The position numbers were made by a program, and so were the translations under genes. A stretch of 64,000 bases of DNA from Tubiluchus corallicola (Eukaryota > Animalia > Priapulida): contig JAQGDQ010000283.1 of assembly GCA_030141605.1 (NCBI GenBank), positions 124,001-188,000 on the forward strand. Direction: 5' to 3'. Below are positions 40,348 through 53,917 of the stretch, piece after piece. Under the pieces are notes generated by a model. That model saw only the letters and a program-made list of their open reading frames with translations. It was not told where the DNA came from and did not search any database. The stretch's first letter is position 1. The number at the start of each line of letters is the position of its first letter.

Positions 40348-41204
40348 TATTAATATTCTTGGTATATTTATCTATATATAAATATATATATATATAAGAT
40401 TCGAGGCTACAGCCCGGACGAGGGCACCATTTGCGGCGATCTATATATCAAACGAAAGGTCTCGATCTAGTGTCGTGCCACTGATGGTTTATTTTTCGAA
40501 TCGGGCCCACCGGGAGGAGGGGGAGGCGAAAAAAACCCCAAAATGGCCCTTTTTCGGCCGTTTTTTGCAAAAGTTATACGGCTGAGATGTAGAGAACGGG
40601 AACGGGCTGAGGGGGGTACTGGGTATGGATAGATAGCCCGTTCAGCGGTGGGTGTAGTAGGCATATTTAGAATTCCCGAGAGGGCCAGGACGCCCCGCAA
40701 CGGGCGTTTACCCGGACCCAACTCGCGATTTTTTCGAAATTTTGATCAAACAGCCTGCGGGAAAAACGTTCTAGCGGCGCCCGGTGGGACTCTCGGAAGG
40801 AGATATGGAGCTCTTTACAAAGAGAAAGGACAGGGCTACACGATGATGTGGGTTATATTTTATGGCAGGTCCACCGAGAGGAGTATCGACGAGTTAATTA
40901 GGTGTTCAAATTTCGATAATTTTCGCTTAGAAAACCGTGGTGACCGCATTCCATTGTGCTGGCGTCATCCATTGTACTCTGCTTCAGTAAAAGCTGCCTG
41001 CTGTACTCTGTCTATAACTTTAATTCAGCAAAAAGCTGCTCTGCAACATACAGTAGGCAGGAGTAAACGCTGCTGGCTTTGCGTTAGGTAAGTAGGCAGG
41101 ATGTTACGGGCTTTGTGTTATAAATGAGGACTAGGTAGGATGGTCGCGTATTATTGATTACACGTGTATTTATACGCAAAATCTTTTGCGGGGGCTTTTG
41201 CTAG
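40348..41204 (+). mobile_element. Non-autonomous Helitron, copy 3
   Basis: Same body; 3' hairpin and CTAG at 41201-41204. Confidence 0.85.
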
Positions 41205-41819
41205 TCAACAATATTAATTCTCCTTTCAAAAACAATAAGCTTCCTCTTCTTCAAAACCCCAGTATGACTAACAGAGCACTAAATTTAAGAAACATTAGAA
41301 CGAACAATCAATATGGAAAGAATTCCATTACCGACATCGCTAAAACGCAGCAGCTCTTTATCGATATTCAGGTCTAAATTAAAACAACATTAAATGTTTT
41401 AATGATCCGTTTTGAATATCCGACACAGGAACATGATCATATTAAGTCAAATCATGATTTCGTTTATATTAGACCTTACTGGACTATAATATGATGTGTA
41501 TGCGTGTGCATGTGAGAGGTTGTGTGTGTGTGCGCACGTGCGTGCATGTGTGTGTGTGTGCGTGGGATGGTGGATGGGTGCGTGCGGGCAAGAAAGATGT
41601 GTATTAGAAGAGAGAAAAATAATGTGTGTAGTTTTATCATAGTGCATTGTGTGTTTTAGTTTATCATTTATTTTTTAATTTCTAGCTTGCACTCATATAT
41701 AGTTTGGCTTACACAAAACGCATTTGTCCAGAACAGCGTATGTTTTTATTTGAACTAACACTGATTGTCTGTCTTTTTTATAATGATGGTCAATGTTTTT
41801 AAAAGGCAAAATAAAGATT

Positions 41820-42046
<227 letters not shown>

Positions 42047-44875
42047 TTAAACTAAACTGCATATTTTATTAATAACAAAATCAGGAACTCCTGCACATAA
42101 GCGCTATGCATTTCTTCCTATAAAAAACGAAATTAGACTATATATTTCCACTAATTCACCTACAATTTCAATCGACAATAATAATTTTTTCAACAATAAT
42201 TGCCCTGATTTCGGATGCCTAAAACAGCTGTATTTAGAAATCACAAGACGTGCAGAAACTAAACCAAAATGACAGGCAGTTCCTTGCTGTCATCCGTGGC
42301 ACACAGTGGTAGGCACAACCTTCATATTGATTATGGCTATAAAATTTTACTGTTTACTTTTTACTCATGTATTTATTTCTTGTGCCTAATAAATAATATA
42401 AATATAATGCAAAACACGCACGATTGACTTTGAAAATTCACACTTCCCATCAGAAATATTTAATAGCGCAGTTGCTTTACTTCTGTTCAGTGTACAATAG
42501 TAATTATAAGCCAAAGGTAAAAACTTTCTGTTCTTTCAAAAGTGAACTGGTGCTGAACGCTGTAGTCGTAAAAAAAGGCACGCATTGCCGGCGCACGGTT
42601 TCCTGCACAAAATAAAAAAGATTTTCGCCATTAAATTTCTTGACTGAGTCATGTTCATCTCTTTTCTATATTTTTAATAATTATGTAATAGCAGTTTTAT
42701 GTGATTAAATTTTTGTAATGTCATGTTACAGATAACAAGCCGTCGTAAAGAATAATCTGAACCCGTTGGAGAGTTTGAATTTACATCGTTTATTTCTCAC
42801 ACACCATTCAAATTATAACATTTACAATAACTGAAATACATTGGCAATTTTCTATAATTTGTTTCTGTTAGCTTACTTCACTCCTCCATATTGACATTAA
42901 ACTAGGAATCATTGCGTGAGATTCTTTTTTTCGTATTTGTTAATACTTATTGACCTGTCTATAAAGAAAATCTTGTTACAGTCAGTAAGTCCTCGCGTAA
43001 CGATGCCCCTGCCATCCAGGAAAACGCGCCACTAAAGTAAAGCAAACAATGCTCTCCATAAGAATTAAAAGAATTCAGTTGCATTCCAGGAGCAAAAATC
43101 AATAGTGCTTGGCTCATATAAGATTAAACACGATAACGAGGTTTATTGTTTACAGTTCTACATTAGTCATTACCTATTTGTTTAATTAAAAAGCTAATGA
43201 GTAACAAACGTGTGAAAATTAAAATCTAATTTTGAAACATAGCTCGTCCATCTCTGTTGCTCTCCTTCAGCCATTTTTTGTCCCTTTCTTTCTACTTTTG
43301 TTTTTTTATAAAAAATCTAAGCTTGGTTGCTTAGATTTTTTTCTCTCCTGACTTCTCACACTGTATCGCGTTTACTACATCCCACCTTCTTACTTTCTAT
43401 GTGTGCTCACTACCAGGATCATTTTCAGTGTTGTACGTCACAGCTGATAAGCAAATTAGGTGAATTCAGCAATTAGCTACACACCTTTGTAACATGAGAA
43501 CATTTTGTCAACTAGAGAATTTTGTCTAAGCATGGGAATGCAGTGAAACATCACGGTCTGACTGCCTGCTATCAGCTTAGTTGGACAAATTATTACGGGC
43601 ATAATAACTATACGATGATCTAGGTTAAGCAGTGGGCTTCATTTATAGAGTGCAAGCGTAGTAAACAAGATTTGATACTTAAAGTAAGTCTTCAAAATTG
43701 TTTTCAAAATGAAACATGTGACATTAAGTGAAAAAAGGTGTCAAACAATTAGTGTTGTTACAGCAAAATGTCGCTAAGCAGGACATCATTAAGTAAGCTT
43801 TCTGCATTAGAAAACTTTGTACCAAGTAACTAAGTTTTTTCTTCATTTTTGCCAAGTTTCAGAGCAAAAGATCTCATTGTAGAGATTTTATTTGTTCCTG
43901 ATTGTTTGTTGCTTGGACTGTTAAATACAAACAATGTATGTATGTAAAGTTTTTAAATTCTTTATACCATGAACAATATCTGTTTCATATACAGCCCATT
44001 ATATAATATAATTTATTGATTTTTTTTAAAATAAATCCTAAGTTTCTTTTTTCTTCTTCACACTGGCAGTCATTTCCTGAAGATGAGTGAATGCAGTAGT
44101 AACGTTGCATTTTTCTAATAAAAATTAAGATAAATTATATAAAAAAAATTTTACATAGAGTGTTTTTATGAAATAAATATATATAAAATATTGGATTGAT
44201 GCCAGAAATTGATCTGTAGAGCACCTTTACTAGAACACGTTACCGGTTGTTAAGGTTAAACTGTTATAAATGACATGTTAAATTCATTTTATACATCTAC
44301 TATTGACACAGAATTCAGCAAATGTTGTAAAACTCATTTAAAGGTCATACAGTTCACCTTTAGTTGCGCTAGATACTATTTGTCATAAATTGTGAAACAT
44401 GCTTTGTCAACTGATTATTCATTCATGAATTGTTTATCTTGTCAATCATTAATATGGTCTTTACAATAAAGATCTACTGCGCCCAATTAATTATTTGTTT
44501 ATTTGGGTAAACGTTAGAAATTTGCAAAGGTAATTAATAATAAGGAACAGCAGAATTGGTGACTCTTATGGATGGCACTTCACTGTTCTTTTTTCAGGAA
44601 GTTTTATTTGTCTTTTACTGTTACATTAGTGCTAACTTAAATTAACAGAAAAAACGTATTTGAAATTAAACTGTTTAATTGGTAGTACGTAATGCAAAAG
44701 AAAGCGTAAATGAACATTAAAGCCTGATAATTTAAGTGAGAGTTCTTTATGTCGTCACTCTTATATGCTTGCATAATGATGTTTCAAGCTATGTGAATTC
44801 AACTTTAAGATGTTTTTTAATTTTTTTACAGTTGCTGATCTGTTTTTTATAGTCGGTGATATATTCTGAAAAACT

Positions 44876-46125
44876 ATGAGCGAAGCTGATAACACTCATT
44901 CGGGCTCAGGTCAGCAGACATCGCAAACTGCTTCTGGAGGACAATGGGCAGCAGTTAAGGTCAGTATCACAACTAATAGTCACTGTATTTGCCTTTGTCC
45001 TTTGGTTGATACCAATAGTTGGTTGATTAACTTTTTGACACCAATAGTTGGTTGATTAACTTTTTGACAAAGATATATGTATATATATATATAAACTGCT
45101 TTTGAAAATATGTTTCAGGTATCCGTAAATCGTATATTTCGGTGGTATGTTATATATATACATCTACAGCTGTAGCCTCAGATATATATATAAGATTCGA
45201 GGCTACAGCTCCGACAGCGGCACCATTTGCGGAGATCTATATGTCAAATAAAAGTTCTCAACCTAGTATCTTTTCATTGGGGTTTATTTTTCAAATCGGG
45301 TCAACCGGGACAAACGGGGGTAAAAAATATCTAAAAATGGCCATTTTTTGTCCGTTTTTTGCAAAACTTATACCTCTTATTTCTAGAGAACGGGAAAGGG
45401 CTGAGGGCGGTACTGATAATTGTTGCATAGCCCGTTTAATGGAGGGTGTAGCACACATATTTAGAATTCGCGGAAAGGCCACGGCAACCAGTAACCAGCA
45501 TTTTCCCGGATCCAACTCTCGATCTTTTGGAAATTTTGACCAAACAGCATGAGGAAAAAACATTCGAGGTGCGCCTGGTGGGACTCTCGAAAGGAGATAT
45601 ATAGCTCTTTAGAAAGAGGAAGAACAGGGCTACACGATAATGTGGGCTATATTTTAAGACACGTCTACCAAGAAGAGTGACGATGAGTTAATTAGATGTT
45701 CCATTTTTGGCAATTTTTGCTTGAAAAACTGCTCACGCAGAGCCATTGTTCTGACGTCATCCGTTATACTCTGCATATAACCTTATAACTTTAATTCAGT
45801 AAAAGCCGCTGCTGGCTTTCTTAGGGTAAATAAACGAACACTAGGTAGAATGCTTGCGCATTGTTGATTATAAGTACATTTATACGCAAAATTTTTTGTG
45901 GGATCTTTACTAGTCTGTATATTAATTTCACTGGTATAGATATATATGAGTGGATATATAACCGACGAGGCTACAGCTGCAATGACGGCACCATTTTCGA
46001 CGATCTATACGTAAACGAACACTAGGTAGAATGTTCGTGCACTGCTGATTATATGTGAATTGACATGCAAAATTTTTTGCGGGGCCTTTGCTAGTCTGTA
46101 TATTAATTTCGGTGGTATATATATA

Positions 46126-46197
<72 letters not shown>

Positions 46198-49100
46198 AAA
46201 CCTATGGGTGGAGACCTTTCATTTCAAATGATGCCGTCATCAGACCTGTAGACTCAGCGGTTTTATATATATATATATATGTGTGTGTGTATATATGAGC
46301 TATATATATATATATATATATAACCAACGAGGCTACAGCTCCGACGACAGCACCATTTTCAACGATCTATACGTCAAATGAAAGGTCTCCACCCATGGGT
46401 TTGCACCTGTGGGTTTATTTTTCTAACTTAATAATGTTACTTAAAACTTAATGCATTAAGTCTGAACTGTTACTTGCTTCATCTTCATTATATTATATTA
46501 TTATATTGACGTTGAATGCCTAATGATGGAGTTTACTAGAGTAAAATATTCATATATTACGCAATAGGTTTTGAAGAATGATGATAGAACGGAAGAATGA
46601 AGTTCAACCAAAATAAAACTCCACCTCTTTTACAAACCGTGATTTTAGTTATATGGCCATTCTTATGTACTGTACACCATTCTATTACTTACATATCCTA
46701 TTAAGATAACTGTTATCTATAAGGTTCTAAATTTATTAATTTTGTAAGGTTCTAAAAACAGTTATTTGGGTGGAAAAATTCATATGATTTTTATGCAGCT
46801 CTAATAAAATTTTATATTAATGTTGAAATTTTAATTTCAGAATAAATTAGCAGAAAACCATGTAAATACTGGATTATGGGTTACTCGTCTAGTAACTGTG
46901 TTTTTCTGCCTTGCTTATATTTTTCCAGTGTTTGGGTGAGTTCTTCTACAATAATAGTTTCTTTTATAATTATAATTTAGTTAGTAATTTAACGTATAAG
47001 TTATAGACTTTTTTGTCATAAACATGATTATTAGGTGCTGCATGTTTTTCTTTGTTTTTTTTTGCAGAAATCAGTTGAGTCATTACCACAAAGCACTATT
47101 AGGAAATGCAGCTACCAGTGCACTTCGTTTGCACCAGAGACTGCCTCCATTCCAATTCAGCAGAGAGTTTTTCGCTCGCATGTTTGTAGAAGACAGCTGT
47201 CACTACCTGTTTTTCTCTATAATCTTCATGAATGTTTATCCCATCACAAGTATCCTTCAACTTAATAATGAGCAAAGTTTGGGCAGTGCATGAGGGTACT
47301 CAGTATAGGCTGTTAACATGACAGTTTTCTGCATTGATCTTTGCATTGGTGAACTAGCAAGACATAATTACGTCAAACAACAAAATGACCTGTGGCAACG
47401 TAAAAGTAGTTAAGTAGTTATATTTCAGTTGCTATTGGTGTATACTCATTTCAAAAACTTTGCATTTTAAAATTAAAGCCCTTTTTAGATATATTTGTCA
47501 CCTTATTTGAGTAGGCCACAGAAAAATGTAATCAGTTGGTATTTATTTTTTATTTTTCTATATCATAAAATATTTTCTTCATTTATAATTTCTCTCTGTG
47601 TGTATGCTTATTCTTCATTTAAATTTCCTCACATAATTGCATCAGTGGCACTGATACCAGTTTTTCTCTTTGCTGTGTTGCATTCCTCTTCATTTACATT
47701 AACACTGATAACAGTAAGTATAATTTTTGTCAACATTTTTTACTTTAATTTATGCCACTTTAAACAAACTGATATAAATTTGAGGTTGAAACTGCCAATG
47801 ATTGGCTTTAGCCTTAACTCTTAAATCGCACTTTATTTTGAATTAGAATTATCAAAATACAATTTTATATTATTATATTTCATGAAGATATTTTCAGCCT
47901 TATAGTCTTATGAAAACATTTCAAAGTAACCGGGCAAATTGCACTCATGTTGTTCCTATAAGTTTTGTTTTAGGGATTTTTTGCCGCAAGAACTAAGGGT
48001 GCATAGCAATTAGCCATTTTCAAAAAATTGTTGCCATGCCATTGACTGTTCTCTATTGACATGCAGTATCATATTGCAGCATTTATGCAAGTTTGTTGTA
48101 TTATTACTGCTAACTTTTATAGTGTTGTATCTTTTTCTAGCTTCTTGGGAAGTCTGAGTCATGGGCAGGTCGTTCACTAACCACTTTGGTTCAGCAACAC
48201 CAACAGAATATTTTGCGCATCATTGCTTGTACTGAAATATTCCTTATGCCAACTATCATATTCTTGACTTTTACGTAAGTACTATAATGGTTTATGAACA
48301 TTTTGGCATTCATAGTCATAATCTAGTTAATGATATCGTTAATTGCTAGCTCATTTGAAAAAAGTTGATACCACAAGTACCCTCCTACTGTGACTTGGTT
48401 ACAGGTGGTGCTGTTGGATTGTGTACTACAAAGAGGAAATCTCGGGCCTGCTCTGTCATGTTGGACTAGTAGCTCTGCTGGCAGAGCATGGGAGTACCAA
48501 TCCCACGTCTTAGGTTCAAATCCCGATTGATACACAATTTTTCAGCATCTCCGCTCTTTTTTTAACTCATTCCCTGCAAGGGTAGTAATTGTTGTGAAAT
48601 AAACTTCAATGGTTTATGAACATTCTGGCGTTCACAGTCATAATGTAATTAATGATACTTAAGTACTTTTTCATTGTTTTACCCTTCAAAATTTTTTGCC
48701 ATTGAATCAGAAATTTTGTTGTTGGTTCAGGCAAAGTAATCTAGCCTTTAATTCACATCTGTTACAATAGTAAATCTATGTGTAGTAAATAAATGTACTT
48801 TGGATCTAAACAACATAAAAATGTTCATTTTTGAAATGTAACTATTTTGGAATATCAAGATCTGTCTCTTTTTTGTCTTTTTGAAATGTGTCTTTGTGCC
48901 AGCATGTAAAGTTTCTGATTCTGGGAAGACTGAGAGGAATAAATATGCTTATTTTGAAATCAAACTTCACCAATTGAAGGCCAAACTTAAAAAACCAATG
49001 ACTAACTTTTTATTTGAACTAGGCACTTTTCAGTTACATTTCCAACAGTATTACCAATAGATTACATTACCTTTGTTATCGAGGTAGACTTTTAAACAAT

Positions 49101-50576
49101 TCTGGTAGCTTGCCAACCTATCTCATGTTTCTAAGCATTAATTTTATAATTAACTTTGAGTGTAGAATAATCAATGGGTAATTAGTTAACTAATAATAGT
49201 TATTTTTATAAATCTGATTACAAAATTAGATGACGAAGTGAACTCATAATTATTAAATTATAATGTAACTTACAGTTACTATAATATTGCTTTATTCAAA
49301 TTGGCATTGTTTCATTTAAAATTAACATGTAAGCTCTTTTCCTAATACAAGGATTGTACTCAAGAATAGACAGATGCTATGGCTTTCATCTAAAAAATCT
49401 AAACTATAAAACAGTATTTACCAGACATCCCGAATGTGTTGTGGCATTATAGACAAAAAAATCACTTTATATTGTTTTCAGTGCACTCGCTTATTTATCA
49501 GATCTATGTTACGTGTTATAACACATTCCGGATATCTGGTAAATGCCACTTGATGTTAAACACATCAACATATTTGGAGTTTGTTTCAACCTGTATTAGT
49601 GAAATATAGTTAACATTCAGATATCAACTTGAGTTCTGTATTAAATTTTTTATTTTTCAGTGGAAGAGCAAGCATATTGCTGCCGTTTGTCTATTATCGC
49701 TTCTTAAGCTTGCGCTACACATCCCAACGGAATCCTTACAGCAGGTCTGCTAAAAGACTATTCATTGCCTCTATAAAAAGTTTTCAATTTTTTAGTCTAG
49801 GTTTAACTTTGACAGGTTCTTGAGTCAACATTGAAAAATTTTCCAAGACTGAATTTTTTGCTAACTTTGTTAAGGATTGCAAGGAGACATTTAGACTTCA
49901 TTTAAAGCTAATACGTGATTATGGATTAGCTTACAACTTAAAGCAAATCAGTGTGCATTTTGTCTTAGAAATTTGAGAAAAATGATTTTAATAATACTGA
50001 AGCTGATATTAAAACACGATTAAAAAAAGCAAAAAAGTGCAAATTATTCAAAAGTCACTTAAAGAGAAAACTTTTCATATTCATTTCTCTAGATAAATTT
50101 GCTAAGAAGATAGAAGATTTGCAAAATGAAGTTGAAATTTTATGCTGATAGACTTATTAGCTTCACCACTTCTCTCTGTCCACTGTTACTGAGATAATAA
50201 AAAATGTTGTTTATTTGTACCTTAAATACGTAGTGTCTTTAAAATTATTGGCAGTGTGTCTATTAAAAATGTTGTTACGTACTACAAAACTTTAAATTAA
50301 TTTCACTTATAAAGCGAGTAGTTTCTGCAGCATACTGCAACAACACAGATTGCTTTTGCTATTCAGTGATTGCCTTTTGTTAAATAACCCTAGTTTTTGT
50401 TCGGTTGCAGAACAATGTTCTACGAGCTACGAGTTTCCACAGAAGTGCTAGTCTACAAGCCACAGTGTCCAGCTTTCATAAGAAACATTGTTTTGAAATT
50501 AATCGCATTCATCTCTCGTCTAGCTCCTCAGATGGCAACTGCACAGCCGACGCAATCACAGTCACAGTCACAGTAG
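44876..50576 (+). CDS. TMEM33: Transmembrane protein 33 (TMEM33/Pom33/Kr-h2 family), about 270 aa
   Basis: Exons 44876-44959, 46841-46935, 47068-47249, 47646-47713, 48141-48274, 49661-49744 and 50411-50576 (813 nt, phases consistent). Family motifs NAATSALRLHQRLP, EDSCHYL, IACTEIFLMP, PFVYYRFLSLRY.S.RNPY.R.MFYELR, CP and ISRLAP. Confidence 0.95.
45129..46430 (+). mobile_element. Helitron concatemer in TMEM33 intron 1 (full copy 45129-45913, internally deleted copy 45914-46094, 5' fragment from 46095)
   Basis: CTAG|TC head-to-tail junctions at 45913/45914 and 46094/46095; absent at the paralogous site near 18680-18715. Confidence 0.82.
47250..47645 (+). other. U12-type (minor spliceosome) GT-AG intron of TMEM33
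   Basis: 5' splice site GTATCCTT; branch-like TTTCCTCAC at 47624-47632 ending 13 nt before the intron 3' end; no polypyrimidine tract; the reading frame is restored (PIT|MALIP). Confidence 0.88.
48462..48535 (+). mobile_element. tRNA-derived (Gly-like) SINE head or pseudo-tRNA
   Basis: A box TAGCTCtgcTGG, anticodon arm TGGGA-GTACCAA-TCCCA, B box GGTTCAAATCC; acceptor stem disrupted; lies between 50-bp direct repeats. Confidence 0.6.
49414..49546. mobile_element. Short MITE or inverted repeat (27-bp arms)
   Basis: gtatttaccagacatcccgaatgtgtt versus aacacattccggatatctggtaaatgc (24/27). Confidence 0.7.
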
Positions 50577-53500
50577 TCATTTTTGCATGAACTTGCAGAT
50601 TGTACTCTCATGTAGTGGTGGCCAGTGATACTTTTTGTGCTGCCTGTGTCTGTGACATTCATGTAAAGCTTTTTTGTGTACTACTTTCACAAAGATTTAA
50701 ACTGTGTCTAGCTAGTCTAAGATTTTGTTCATGTTCTGTTCATCAGTGCTGTTCATTTTGTTAAGCATTATCCATTAATATAAGTTTATACATCTGTGTA
50801 CTGCTCTCAGTATTTTAAACTGCAAACCAATTTCAATGCGCAGTTGTTTTCTAATCTGTGAGTAAACATTTTCAACATACTCCTGTTTTTATTTAAACTG
50901 TTCATAATTACTAAATTCTTTAATCCTTGATGGCCAAACTCTTGGAAGGACCCTTGGGAATTCACTGCATGCTGAAATTTGAAATGGTGTGTTGCACAAA
51001 CATTCTAAAATTTTTAAGTTTTGTCCAATGTTCAAATCCAAGTGTGCAGCATGCTTTTTTGCTTCTTCCAGGAATTTACAACTCTTTCGAAACTTTCTGA
51101 TATGATATTTGATATTTCAAACAGCCTAAATATCAGCCTAAACAAGCTTGTAATTTTTTGTTGATTGTTTGTGTTGAAAGTGGCACTAGGTACTGAAACT
51201 ACCTTGCTTTGGCAATGGCAACTGTGCTGAGTATGTATATAATTGTGCCTAAAAAGCAGTGTTACTTAAAATTGTAAGGTAGTACTTAAATGGAATACAA
51301 ACCTCAAAGTTTCACTGATTTAGTGTTTGAAGCACATTTTTGTAGACTGTGTAAACAGTGCAATGAAGGAAAAGTAAGTGAAATTAAAATTTTTTGGCAT
51401 TCAAAATCTGTTGTCTTGTCAAGTATATTTTGCTGCTTTTCGAAAGAGTACTCGTAACATTGTCTTATGTGATGTTGTCCTATTATTATTATCACTAAAT
51501 GTAAATAATTTAAAATCAATCTGTAGTAGCACTGGTTTGTAACATCTTTGCTTATTTATAACTTTCGCATGAATCATTAGTTTAGTCAAGCTCAAGCATT
51601 TTCTAATTAATCGGGTAATCATGCAACTTATTTTTTGCACATGTTACCGCTTGCACCCATACTATTTAGTTGTGCAGTTGGCATTATTAAATATTGAATT
51701 TAACTTTGTATCATTAACTAATTTAACAATTTAACTAAATGTTGCCAGTACTTATTTTGGTTATTTGTGCAATGTGCATTTTTTAATCCAGTAAAGTGAA
51801 ATAAAGAAAATTAAACACAGTTTGATAATTGAACCAATTCTATTGTTGTAACAGTATTTTTTAATATTAGTATATCCTTGCCAAACTTATAGTACCATTT
51901 AAGTGATAATGAAGATTAAATGTAACGCAGTAAAAACTAAGACAACTACAAAAATTAGGAGAGCAAATTTTTACTGAAAGGGGTAACAGTGAGATCGGAA
52001 TGCCACAGCAGTGTCTTTTGTGGAAAATTTTAAAGCAGAAAATACTTTGAATTTCTTTTAGGAAAAGGATAAGATTCTTCGGAAACTGGAAATTTACTCT
52101 GGGAGTACTTAAAATGATAGGAAGGATAATCCTTTATGCTATTATCAACTGAGAACTAATTTGATCACTGTTAAATAAACAAGTGTGTATGTGCGTTCTC
52201 GCAGGCTGAATTGTTTCGTGTTTAGGGCCCTACAGTTATAAAAACTTGAAATTACTTTCTAGTTCTTGCATGAGTAAAATGATTGCACAAATTTAAGGCT
52301 ATGGATTTTATCATGGCTGGTGAATTGAATTTTGTTTAATTTATCTGTGAAAGTTGTGTTTTGTTTTGTTTTTCCATTTGTTATATATTGCCCTGCAAAT
52401 TCCGCATGACTTTTCTAGGATTGAATCATTAATTTCTTAAAGGGTGTGAGTTTTGTATTTAGAGTTGATTTTGTAACCAAATTATTTGCTAATATTTTTT
52501 CTTCACATATGAAACCACTGACAACCATTATTTTGTTTATGTGGTGGAGATATAGCTGAGTGATCACTATGTATACTCAGTTGCAATGCTAAGCAACTTC
52601 AGAACTGGTTAGTAAAATAGATGAGTGACTGGTTGGAATATTGCTTCTGAAGTTGCAAATTTGAATGTGGCTTATATACTTATGCCAATTATACTTGCGC
52701 GTTATCTAGGTTCCGGTCCTGCGTCAAGTTCTGAATACAAACCTCCAGTGTACCGAATAATAAAGCAGTTTGCCTTATACACAACAATATTGTTCTGCGT
52801 AGCTTGATTACTTAGAAAAAAGTTTGTCAGCTAAATTGGTGCCCCAAGAATCAAAAATATTTAAGATATTGAGTATTAAGGCACTTAAATTTTTTGTTTA
52901 AATTCAACTGCAACTAGTTTCTTGTATTTGAAATGACAGGTGAACAACGACAAAACAGTTCTTTTGTACTTGTGCTGAGAAATCATTGGTTAGGGTTAAT
53001 ATTTTTGTTAAATACAATGAACTGTTGTTAACATCATTAGGCACTTCTTCTAGATAAATTTAAAAACCATTGTTAGGATCTGTTAACAATATTTTCTATA
53101 CATACTTAGAAACATCTCTAGTTTGTGATAGTTACGGTTGTTGATTTGTAACCTCATTTGCTGGCACTTTGTTTAATTTTGAGAACTGTTATGATGTTGT
53201 TATTCTCTAACTAAAAATAAATTCATCTTGTGTGGTAATGTAAATTTACTTCAATGTGGTATTTGTTGTAAAGTATGAAGATGTTTGTTGGTTTTAGTTT
53301 TAACTTATTTTTATTATTGTATACCAAATCAATATTTATTCCCTATATGGTGATGCACCATCCAAATTTTTGTTGTCATGTGAGTGCTAAACTATTTCTA
53401 AAAAACCTTCTGACTGGAAATCATGTTCCAAAAGAGCAAAAGCAATATTGTTATTTATTGGGTAAATTATTCAGACATTAGGATTTTATGCCTTATCTTT

Positions 53501-53917
53501 CAGAAAGTGCAAACTGTCCCAGTTTTCATTGATTTGCATCCGTTCGTAAGACCTAATTTTGCTGAACTAGTTGGACGTAAAGTTCAAACATTGGTTAAGT
53601 CTGTAATAGCTGCCCCTTTTCTTTTCATCTTGCCTTGCTTGATGTATTGCATGATATTTCTATACTTATACAGTGAGACATTGCTCATCACAGAAAGAGG
53701 TGTTGCTCCTAAAGTTTTTTCTGAAGTATTATTCAGGGAAGTAGTCATCAATTTTTGTTACCAATTTATTATTTTTAATTGTTTATTGTAATATGTGTCT
53801 CGATCAAGGTCACATCCTGTGCCCGTTTTAGAACATCCTGTCTAGTTCACTTTCCCGTGACCGGGATAGATACTGCTGCATTTGGAATTATATCTTTCTC
53901 ATTCAGATTAAATAAAG

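Noticed and set aside
37883-41091. Repeated ORFs in the Helitron copies
   Set aside because: Frames and stops differ among copies and there are no Rep/helicase motifs; non-coding element body.
48462-48535. Functional tRNA-Gly gene
   Set aside because: Acceptor stem does not pair, and ACC is not a normal eukaryotic Gly anticodon; treated as a SINE or pseudogene.
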